From IMG/VR virus record IMGVR_UViG_3300029305_005387: DNA of 64,000 nt; one strand, written 5' to 3'. Positions 10,066-18,215 of this stretch are shown here, in pieces; the stretch's first letter is position 1; the number at the start of each line of letters is the position of its first letter. The DNA comes from a virus (lineage: Duplodnaviria > Caudoviricetes). A model generated the notes under the pieces. It searched no databases and was not told where the DNA came from. It saw nothing but the letters and a program-made list of their open reading frames with translations. The translations under genes and the position numbers were made by a program.

Positions 10066-10518
10066 TTATTCACCTCCACCAGGTAGAGAAGAAGCATCAC
10101 CTGCATTTTTATTATGACCTCTGATAGCTGCTTCAGTACCAAAATATCTATATTTCATATTAGGATTACCACCTAAACATTTTAAAATGAATTGTCTGCC
10201 TTTTTTTGTATTATCCGTTCCGCCATAGAATTCTAATGGAGCTCTACCAATGAACTGTGTCGTTAGGTAATTTTGACACTTGGTAGTTTTAGCAAATGAT
10301 AATTTAGTTTCATCATCATTTAAAAATATAGTATTATCTATAACTTCAGGTATTTCTGAAGCTTCTTCGAATGGAATATTAGGCATTAAAGCGTTTGCAT
10401 GTATTTTATACATTCCAATATCAGTAAATTTATAATCCTTCGCAGAACGACATGTACTTTCTTCTGCAACTCTATTCACGGAATATGTTCCATTTATCAT
10501 TATATCAACTCCAATCAT
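10066..10518 (-). CDS. Hypothetical protein, likely structural
   Basis: Coupled to the gp53-like gene. Confidence 0.6.
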   Translation of the reverse strand: MIGVDIMINGTYSVNRVAEESTCRSAKDYKFTDIGMYKIHANALMPNIPFEEASEIPEVIDNTIFLNDDETKLSFAKTTKCQNYLTTQFIGRAPLEFYGGTDNTKKGRQFILKCLGGNPNMKYRYFGTEAAIRGHNKNAGDASSLPGGGE

Positions 10519-10558
10519 TTATCACTTATTAATTAGAATTGTTTATAATAAAAGAATA

Positions 10559-10598
10559 AAACAGATGCGTATGACCACTTGGTCATACGCATCTGTTT
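10559..10598. terminator. 19-bp inverted repeat with 2-nt spacer
   Basis: AAACAGATGCGTATGACCA-CT-TGGTCATACGCATCTGTTT. Confidence 0.7.
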
Positions 10599-10624
10599 GT
10601 AGCTTATCTACATTTTACAATGAA

Positions 10625-11683
10625 TTATGCCTTTTTGCCGTCCTTTGCACCAGAACCGATTTTAGTTTTGATGTAACCTTCTAATGCATTCAACATTCTC
10701 TTACGATAGCTCAGATATCTACTATATACACTAATTGTAGCTCCAACACAACCTACGATAGTTGTATAAGCTTCATTCATCTTAGCAATATCTTCTGCAT
10801 TAGGTGTTTCACCTTCAGCTGCTTCAGCAGGCTGTAACATCTTTTCGATTTCAGGTTCCAAAGCTTTAAGCTTGTCTACGAACTTCTGAATCTTATCATA
10901 ATTTGCCTGAATCATTAATCCGGAATGCTGTACATTCTTACTTGCACCCAAAATAAGATCTTTAACGTTGTCCATATGGTATTTCTTTTTACCCTTAACC
11001 ATCTTCTGGCAAACCTTGATCAAGTCTTCAATAGGAATAGCACAAACATCTGTACTACCACCAGAAGATCCATTCAACTTAACAAGTTCATTAGAAAGAA
11101 CTACACACATGTAGAATTCAAACAAACCTAAATCATTACCCTTAGGTGCATCAGCAGCATATTTCAACTTCAACTGATCTCTGAAAGGCTGATACTTTCC
11201 ATGATAAGGAACTGTATTATCCTGACCATCTGCTTTATCGTTCCAGATATCTCCCTGAATCTTATTGATTGTTTCAATATCTTCTCTAGTTAATTCAATA
11301 CCTCTTAAAGATTCAAGAACTTTGTTAGACTGCTTACCAACGTCCGTTAAAGAAGCTGCACATTTAGAGAAGAAGTTAATGACGTTTCTCCACAATTTTC
11401 TGAAACCATTTCTAATTTTTGTAATAATAGAAACTTTCTTAGCTTCTTTAGCTTCCATAATAGACTGAACAGTTGCATCATCAACAGATTCAGCAAAGAA
11501 GCTTTCAGTCAAAGTAATGTTTTCTTTGGTAATCTTTTCCTGCTGTTCCTGCATAAATTCCTGATTCTCTAAGAATCTTTCCATTACAGAAAGTTCAGAG
11601 CATTCTTTAAAAAGGTCGTACGCCTCATTGGAATGAGGATACATACTACATTCAACTACAAGGTCTTTGTAAGTCTGTGCCAT
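10625..11683 (-). CDS. Internal head protein (phiKZ-like head protein architecture)
   Basis: Acidic propeptide with LTE-S, FAE-S, IME-A followed by amphipathic IITKIRNGFRKLWRNVINFF. Confidence 0.7.
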   Translation of the reverse strand: MAQTYKDLVVECSMYPHSNEAYDLFKECSELSVMERFLENQEFMQEQQEKITKENITLTESFFAESVDDATVQSIMEAKEAKKVSIITKIRNGFRKLWRNVINFFSKCAASLTDVGKQSNKVLESLRGIELTREDIETINKIQGDIWNDKADGQDNTVPYHGKYQPFRDQLKLKYAADAPKGNDLGLFEFYMCVVLSNELVKLNGSSGGSTDVCAIPIEDLIKVCQKMVKGKKKYHMDNVKDLILGASKNVQHSGLMIQANYDKIQKFVDKLKALEPEIEKMLQPAEAAEGETPNAEDIAKMNEAYTTIVGCVGATISVYSRYLSYRKRMLNALEGYIKTKIGSGAKDGKKA

Positions 11684-11737
11684 AATAATTATCTCCTTTA
11701 CTTTTAAAATTTAATATTGTTATAGACTTGGATTACA

Positions 11738-12448
11738 TTAGTGTTGAGTCTGAGGCAATAGTTCACTTGCGGCATCTCTTGCCACTGAACTATTATTAGT
11801 AGTGGAAACCATTACTAAATATTTCTGAGCTAAGTTTTTAGCTTCATCATATTCCTCTTTCTGAATATTAACACTTGCTTGCTTTTTAATAGCAGCTGCT
11901 TTCTTAAACATCTGCCACTGTTCAGTATTCTTTTTCTGTGCAATTAATTTTGCACATACATTGATTAACTGAGACATTCTTGTTTCATCATCGAAACTAA
12001 TGATATTCTTTTCAGTTAATACAGCTGCTTCAGATAAAGCATCATTCTTCTGATCAGAAATATCTCTTTCAAACTTCTGAGAGACAAGTACTGGAGTGAA
12101 GATTTTATTGAGTTCATCCATCAGTTCTTTTTCATCATAAGATGAAGATTCTGGTGAATCATTACTCACAGGTAGATCCTCCATATTCTGATAGATTCTA
12201 GGATCTACCATATGTTCCATGATACAATTCATTGCTTCCAACATAGTAGTCCAAGTCATTAAGTTACTTTTCATGACTCCATTATCAGAAGTTGCAGAAA
12301 GATGATTAGGATTATTATGTGGAATATCAGAAAGATCTTTACCTTTACTATCCATACTATCAAGAGTGTCATCTAAAAGAGATTTATAATGTTTATTGAT
12401 CTGATCATCAGATGCTACTCCACCAGTCATAGAATCTTTAAAACTCAT
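11738..12448 (-). CDS. Probable head protein
   Basis: Next to portal; LSE-A motif; AACA-N6-TA upstream. Confidence 0.55.
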   Translation of the reverse strand: MSFKDSMTGGVASDDQINKHYKSLLDDTLDSMDSKGKDLSDIPHNNPNHLSATSDNGVMKSNLMTWTTMLEAMNCIMEHMVDPRIYQNMEDLPVSNDSPESSSYDEKELMDELNKIFTPVLVSQKFERDISDQKNDALSEAAVLTEKNIISFDDETRMSQLINVCAKLIAQKKNTEQWQMFKKAAAIKKQASVNIQKEEYDEAKNLAQKYLVMVSTTNNSSVARDAASELLPQTQH

Positions 12449-12485
12449 TTATGAATTTCCTCCCTTCCTTAGTTATTCCATAACT

Positions 12486-12497
12486 TATGAAAATGTT
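12486..12497 (-). promoter_or_regulatory. Late-type promoter AACA-N6-TA
   Basis: AACAttttcaTA. Confidence 0.6.
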
Positions 12498-12500
12498 TCA

Positions 12501-14837
12501 TTATTGTTCAACTTCCTTCAGATCTTTTTCTTCAATATTGAACTGATTTACTTTGTTCTGTAAAACGTCATCATTAGAATCAATATTAACCTTATTAATG
12601 ATCTCATCCAATTCATCGAAATCAAATTGAGCTAAATATTTCTTAGCCAACTCTCTTCTCAGATTAATTTGTTTCACAGTAGGATTTCCATCTTTGTCTT
12701 CCATTTCATTTTTAGGATAGTAAATCGCCATAACCATTTCAACCATACTATTGAAGTTTGTGATCATTTCGGATGTAATTACCAATTCTTGTTGTTTGAT
12801 CTCATTAAACTTAAATTTGAAACCATTGATGACCTCTGCAGGCATATCAGTACTACTTCTCATAATAGCTTGATATAATTTAGTTAAACCTCTATTCATA
12901 TCAATTTTATATGAAGATACAGTTGATAAGAATCTTGTATTTGCCATTTCCAGAGTTTTAGCAAAATCAACTTCATCTATTGCATTAATGATTAACAAGT
13001 GAGGTACACCTGTACCAGATAATGCCTGTCGTCTTTGTTGTTCTAGGAATTCAATGTTGATTGGATTTGGAACAGCTTCAATTGTATCAGTTTCTAATGC
13101 CTTATAATCGTTACGACCAGCAGGAAGAACCATTTCTCCCATACCACCGACTTTATTTAACACACCTGAATAGGAATAAATATCATCAATGGTAATTCTT
13201 CTCTGTTGGAACTTTCTCATAGTTCTCTGAATCTGGGAAGCATAATCTTTATTTAATCCAGATGATTTTAAGTAGTGAATTCTAGTCGTATTATTATTCA
13301 ATGTATAAAGCATATTATACATATTTAACATTAAATACATACGAGCTGGGAATAAACTAGGTTCAAGAACAGAATGTCCTCTTCCTTCTTCATCTTCATT
13401 AATAATGAGACGAATTACTTCATTTTCTGGGATATAAATAAAGGAAAGTTTTCCTTCAGAGAATTTATGTGCCATTATGATTTCAGCAATTTCATTCTTC
13501 AACTTAATGTTTCTTTCCAACATTTTCTTGTCGAATGACTTGATAATCATATTAGCTAATCTATCAACCATATTACGATCTCTCACATAATTCTGATATG
13601 ACAGATCAACTATACCATTTGGATTAGCAGAGTTTGTCTGTAAGTCCATTGTAGTAGAAATGTAATAATAACCAATTACACGTCTATCCATACGAATTGG
13701 AACAATTCTTAATCCGTCAAGATACTTTATATAACATCCTTTAATTTCAGAATATGAACTGAAATCAATTGCATCCTGATCAATATTAGCATATGTACCT
13801 TGATTAACTCTGCCATAGTTAGCTTGTGCTTCCATGAAGTGCTGTCCAGGATAATTGGAACTTTTTGTAGGTCGTGTTTCTTTATATTCTTTTAACACTA
13901 ACTCAGCAAATCCTTCTGGACCCATTTCTGACATCATTATTGAAGAATGATTATACACTTCAATATTTTCAAGAATGCATCGCATGTTATTCTTAGTAAC
14001 TTTATCAGGATTGAAATCATTTCCACTAATTCCAATTTCATTTTCAGAAACCTTTTTATCATCTGAAGAATCTACTTTACTAATGGATGATACAGATTCC
14101 ATTAAAATATTTAAATTTTCTTCAGAATACAAAGATTTCGAACCACTGAAACTACTCATCACGTGATTTGGTATACTTTCTCTAAAAGTTTCACCTAATG
14201 CAGAAACTTTTTTATTTTTATTTTTACCACCAGAAAATCTAGAATCATGTATAGATTCTAATTCTGCAAATAGTTTTGCATATGGAACTACTTGGATATA
14301 CATCTCTCCATGCATTAATGTTTTAGGAACAATAAAATTCTTAATAGCCATTAATAAATCATGACGAGTTTCAATTTCTTTAGCTTGTGTTTCAAAACTT
14401 TCATCATCTTCATGATTTTCAAATAATAAAGTTCTTGAAACTTCACCAGTTGAAACATTGCATTCAATGATTGAATCTCTTATAACATTTATAACATCAT
14501 GCATTTCAGGCATCTGAGTGCAGATATTATAAATATCTCTTCTTAACAACAATTCACTTTGATTCAATGTATCAGCTGACAAATAATCCGTTTTAATGTT
14601 ATTTAAAACATTCTTCATCATTGATTTATCATGTTTTTCATCGAGATCAATATCTCTCATCTTTTTGATAAATCCTTCATCATCAAATGTAGAAGAATTG
14701 AAAGTTTTTAAAGCTTTATTCAATGTACTTGTAAATGAAGATGAAATATTATCCAGATCATCTTCTTGTATATTACCAACATCCTTAGTTATATCTGCTG
14801 ATAATTTATCAATAAAATCATTTAAATTTGCAGGCAT
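12501..14837 (-). CDS. Portal protein (jumbo-phage type)
   Basis: 778 aa; KTLMHGEMYIQV and ALSGTGVP...EVDFAKTL segments typical of T4 gp20/phiKZ-like portals. Confidence 0.75.
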   Translation of the reverse strand: MPANLNDFIDKLSADITKDVGNIQEDDLDNISSSFTSTLNKALKTFNSSTFDDEGFIKKMRDIDLDEKHDKSMMKNVLNNIKTDYLSADTLNQSELLLRRDIYNICTQMPEMHDVINVIRDSIIECNVSTGEVSRTLLFENHEDDESFETQAKEIETRHDLLMAIKNFIVPKTLMHGEMYIQVVPYAKLFAELESIHDSRFSGGKNKNKKVSALGETFRESIPNHVMSSFSGSKSLYSEENLNILMESVSSISKVDSSDDKKVSENEIGISGNDFNPDKVTKNNMRCILENIEVYNHSSIMMSEMGPEGFAELVLKEYKETRPTKSSNYPGQHFMEAQANYGRVNQGTYANIDQDAIDFSSYSEIKGCYIKYLDGLRIVPIRMDRRVIGYYYISTTMDLQTNSANPNGIVDLSYQNYVRDRNMVDRLANMIIKSFDKKMLERNIKLKNEIAEIIMAHKFSEGKLSFIYIPENEVIRLIINEDEEGRGHSVLEPSLFPARMYLMLNMYNMLYTLNNNTTRIHYLKSSGLNKDYASQIQRTMRKFQQRRITIDDIYSYSGVLNKVGGMGEMVLPAGRNDYKALETDTIEAVPNPINIEFLEQQRRQALSGTGVPHLLIINAIDEVDFAKTLEMANTRFLSTVSSYKIDMNRGLTKLYQAIMRSSTDMPAEVINGFKFKFNEIKQQELVITSEMITNFNSMVEMVMAIYYPKNEMEDKDGNPTVKQINLRRELAKKYLAQFDFDELDEIINKVNIDSNDDVLQNKVNQFNIEEKDLKEVEQ

Positions 14838-14898
14838 AAATATCGATTAACTCCTTTCTTTCTAGATTTACAATGAAATGTCAATCTATTTAGTTGTT

Positions 14899-14932
14899 AT
14901 AATGGAGAGGACTGATCAGTCCTCTCCATTAT
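14899..14932. terminator. Perfect 34-bp palindrome
   Basis: ATAATGGAGAGGACTGA|TCAGTCCTCTCCATTAT. Confidence 0.7.
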
Positions 14933-14943
14933 CTTATTCAGAG

Positions 14944-15777
14944 TTAACGGATATTATCCATAACCATCTTCTTAGCATCCTCAACACTCTTTGTCAAAGC
15001 TCCAAGTTTCTTAAGAATTGCATCCCTTGCATCAGTTGTAGTTTCTCCACCAGCTGCTTCTGGTTCAGAGTCCATTTCAGCTACTTTATCTTTTACTGCT
15101 GAAGTGACTGGGTTATCATCCGGAGGTGTATCATCACCAACAGGTTCTGCAGGAACTTCCCCTTCATCTTTAGGAGGTTCTTCAGCACTAGTATCACCAG
15201 CAGGAGCTGGTTCTTCTCCAATGCTAATAGCCTCGCTTAGTAAATCAAAGTTATTATTCTCTAATTTAGGTTCACTCTCTTTAGGAGGTTCTTCAGCACC
15301 AGAATCTTCATCTTCAATTGGTTGATCCAAGATATCGTCAGTATCAGAACTACCAATAGGAGCTCCAACTTGTTCAGGTTCTCCATTACCTGCATCACCG
15401 AAGCCACTATCAATTTTCTGAGAAAGAATATCGTCGTCAGCAATTGCTTCTCCAGCATTTACAGGAGGAGTAGGTAATACATCTTTCTGAGTGTTTGTAG
15501 CAAGGTCTAATTCAATACCAAGAATATCATCAACACCTGCTTCAATAGGTTCACCAGTCTGTTTTCCAACAGGTTCTGGTAGATCATCGTTTCCAGGAAC
15601 GACTGGATTTTCTGGTTCATTCACAGGTTCTTCGTCTTTGATATCAGGATTTTCAATTTCTTCAGGTCCTTCATTTAAAATGATAGCATCATCAAGATCT
15701 TCATTTTCCAATAATAGATCAGCTGCTTCCTGATATACTTTCTGTTTTCCAATAAGCTCTTTAATCGTATTAAGCAT
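14944..15777 (-). CDS. Highly acidic Pro/Glu-rich protein, possible scaffold/core protein
   Basis: AAAGGAG RBS supports ATG 15777; YQE-A, LSE-A motifs; C-terminal coiled coil; upstream of portal. Confidence 0.55.
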   Translation of the reverse strand: MLNTIKELIGKQKVYQEAADLLLENEDLDDAIILNEGPEEIENPDIKDEEPVNEPENPVVPGNDDLPEPVGKQTGEPIEAGVDDILGIELDLATNTQKDVLPTPPVNAGEAIADDDILSQKIDSGFGDAGNGEPEQVGAPIGSSDTDDILDQPIEDEDSGAEEPPKESEPKLENNNFDLLSEAISIGEEPAPAGDTSAEEPPKDEGEVPAEPVGDDTPPDDNPVTSAVKDKVAEMDSEPEAAGGETTTDARDAILKKLGALTKSVEDAKKMVMDNIR

Positions 15778-15922
15778 TATAACTGCTCCTTTCATTTTAA
15801 AATGTGATTTTAGATTCATTGTATATATTCAGACACAAGGTTATTAGTAAGTCGTTATTATTTAATCCATTATTAATGTATATTTACTAAAATTTAATAA
15901 AAAATAAAAGGAGGTTAAGATT

Positions 15923-16036
15923 ATGATTAATCCTAGAGATATTGAAGGCAAATCCGATGAAGAATTAAAAGAACTCCTCGGAGAAGACTTTATGGACGAA
16001 GTGTCCAATAACAAAGGAGAGGAGGATGATGACTAA
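15923..16036 (+). CDS. 37-aa acidic peptide translationally coupled to the lysin (not in ORF track)
   Basis: AAGGAGG RBS; MINPRDIEGKSDEELKELLGEDFMDEVSNNKGEEDDD; TAATG overlap. Confidence 0.7.
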   Translation: MINPRDIEGKSDEELKELLGEDFMDEVSNNKGEEDDD

Positions 16037-17373
16037 TGGCTGCTACACAGAAATTCTCAAATAGTGGTTTAATCTGCTATACAAAACTTAGTCCAAATCA
16101 TTCTGGGCTCAGAACACATAATATCGAACAAATTGCAATTCATACGATGGCAGGAAACTGTAGTGTTGAAACTTGTGGAGAAATTTTTGCTCCAAAAAGT
16201 AGACAGGCTTCTTCCAACTACGGCATTGGATCAGATGGTAGAATTGCTATGTATGTAGAAGAAAAGAATAGAAGCTGGTGTACTTCTTCTTCTGCAGTAG
16301 ATCAGAGAGCTATTACGATCGAAGTAGCTAGTAGTGTAAACAGATCTCCATGGCCATGTACAGATGCTGCTTATGAGTCATTGATTGATCTCTGTGTGGA
16401 CATTTGTCAGCGTAATCCTCACATCAAGAAAATTATGTGGGTAGGGGATAAGAGTTTACTTAATAAAACTGATAAACAGAATCTTGTACCACACCGCTGG
16501 ACAGCAAACAAGAGTTGTCCAGGAGATTGGTTATATGAGAGATTTGATGATATCAGAGACGAAGTTAATAAGAGATTATCTTCTAATGGATCAAATGTCA
16601 GCTCTAATACAGCTACTGTTATTACAAAAGAATCCAATGAATCTTATATTTGGAACTTCTTAACAGAGAAAGGTTTAAATGCATATGCAGTTGCTGGTAT
16701 TATGGGTAACTTGTTTGCTGAATCAGCTTTAATTCCTAATAACTTACAGAATACTTATGAAAAGAAATTAAGTTTAAGCGATTCTGAATATACTTCTAGA
16801 GTAGATTCTGGTAAGTATACTAACTTTGTTAAAGATAGTGCAGGATATGGTTTAGCTCAGTGGACTTATTGGTCTAGAAAACAGGCTTTACTTAACTATG
16901 CGAAGAAAACTAAAAAATCAATTGGTGATCTTCAGATGCAGTGTGAATTCTTATGGACAGAAATGCAGGGTTATAAGAAAATGATGACTGTTCTCAAGAG
17001 TGCAAAATCTGTTAGAGAAGCTTCTAATATTTTCTTGACTGAATTTGAAAGACCTGCAAACATGGGTATAGAAGTACAGAATAAGAGAACCTCTTATGGA
17101 GAAAAGTATTATAAAAATAATGCCAATACTTCTACAAGTAAACCAGCATCTTCTACTACAAGTGGTGCTAAAGTTCCTTACTTAGTAAAAGTTACTGCAA
17201 GCTCTTTGAATATCCGTAAAGGTCCTGGTACAAACTATGGAATCAACAGAGCTATTACAGATCGCGGAACATACACAATTGTAGCTGAAAGCTCTGGTAA
17301 GGGTGCTAGTAAGTGGGGCAAACTTAAATCAGGAGCTGGTTGGATTAGTCTTGATTATTGTCAGAAACGATAA
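16036..17373 (+). CDS. Endolysin: Amidase_2 + phage tail lysozyme-like domain + SH3b
   Basis: IAIHTMAG/SSNYGIG/PHRW..KSCPG; GIMGNLFAES, GYGLAQWT, FERPA; LNIRKGPGTNY...GWISL. Confidence 0.92.
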   Translation: MAATQKFSNSGLICYTKLSPNHSGLRTHNIEQIAIHTMAGNCSVETCGEIFAPKSRQASSNYGIGSDGRIAMYVEEKNRSWCTSSSAVDQRAITIEVASSVNRSPWPCTDAAYESLIDLCVDICQRNPHIKKIMWVGDKSLLNKTDKQNLVPHRWTANKSCPGDWLYERFDDIRDEVNKRLSSNGSNVSSNTATVITKESNESYIWNFLTEKGLNAYAVAGIMGNLFAESALIPNNLQNTYEKKLSLSDSEYTSRVDSGKYTNFVKDSAGYGLAQWTYWSRKQALLNYAKKTKKSIGDLQMQCEFLWTEMQGYKKMMTVLKSAKSVREASNIFLTEFERPANMGIEVQNKRTSYGEKYYKNNANTSTSKPASSTTSGAKVPYLVKVTASSLNIRKGPGTNYGINRAITDRGTYTIVAESSGKGASKWGKLKSGAGWISLDYCQKR

Positions 17374-18139
17374 AATGACAAAAAAACAATAGGGATGGAA
17401 ATACCATCCCTATTGTTTTTTTTGTCATTTTATTTTTATTCTTTGGAGGATCATATTTCCAAGTTTTTGGAATAGATGTGGTTGATGGAACATATGATGG
17501 ATTGTCTTTATACTCTTTATCATACTTACCTAGAAAATATTCTCGCCGCTTAATATCGAAACCATATTCCATATTCCATAAGTAGCATGCCATTTCCCAG
17601 TTAGTATAATTTGGAAAATCTTCATGATAATCCATCAGTAAATTTCTAATTTTATTCAAATCAGTTTTTCTCACATACCAATCAATGTATTCATCCTTAT
17701 GATATTCCATTTTATTATCTAAGAAATGAAATCTGGCAACTTTTGTTTCGCCACTTTTTAATTTTGATGAATTGAATACTTTGAAGTATGGAACTCCTAT
17801 ACGTTTCCTATCAGGGTTAACTTGAATTCTGAAGTTATGTTTTCTATCAATTGTAACGGTAGCCATCTCTGTAAGATATTCAGCTGCTTCTAAATATCCT
17901 TCCGGTTGCAATGATAAAAACTCTTCTCTACTCATTAAATCTGTATATAATTCCAAACATGATTCTTTCTGAATACTAAAACGTTCTTCTTCATCATAAT
18001 CTACTGAAATTAAATAGTCAGATTCATAAAGTTTATCATAATATTCACCATTCAATTTTACAGATTCAACGATACCTATACAATCATGCCAATGATCACC
18101 AATTATTTTAACAATGTCTCCTTCTTTAAATTTTAACAT
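17345..18139 (-). CDS. SH3/KOW-like N-terminus plus DUF4160-like domain; paralog of 29304-30512
   Basis: FKEGDIVKII; LTEMA followed by IQVNPD..PYFKV..VARFHF. Confidence 0.5.
   Translation of the reverse strand: MLKFKEGDIVKIIGDHWHDCIGIVESVKLNGEYYDKLYESDYLISVDYDEEERFSIQKESCLELYTDLMSREEFLSLQPEGYLEAAEYLTEMATVTIDRKHNFRIQVNPDRKRIGVPYFKVFNSSKLKSGETKVARFHFLDNKMEYHKDEYIDWYVRKTDLNKIRNLLMDYHEDFPNYTNWEMACYLWNMEYGFDIKRREYFLGKYDKEYKDNPSYVPSTTSIPKTWKYDPPKNKNKMTKKTIGMVFPSLLFFCHFIVSDNNQD
17370..17432. terminator. Long bidirectional terminator
   Basis: ~29-bp arms, 5-nt loop, A7 versus T8 run. Confidence 0.75.
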
Positions 18140-18165
18140 TCATATCATCTCCTTTCTATAAAAAT

Positions 18166-18209
18166 AATATATCATCAATGGGATCATATGATCCCATTGA
18201 TGATATATT
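18166..18209. terminator. Perfect 44-bp palindrome overlapping an early motif (18164-18172, minus)
   Basis: AATATATCATCAATGGGATCAT|ATGATCCCATTGATGATATATT. Confidence 0.7.
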
Positions 18210-18215
18210 GATAAA

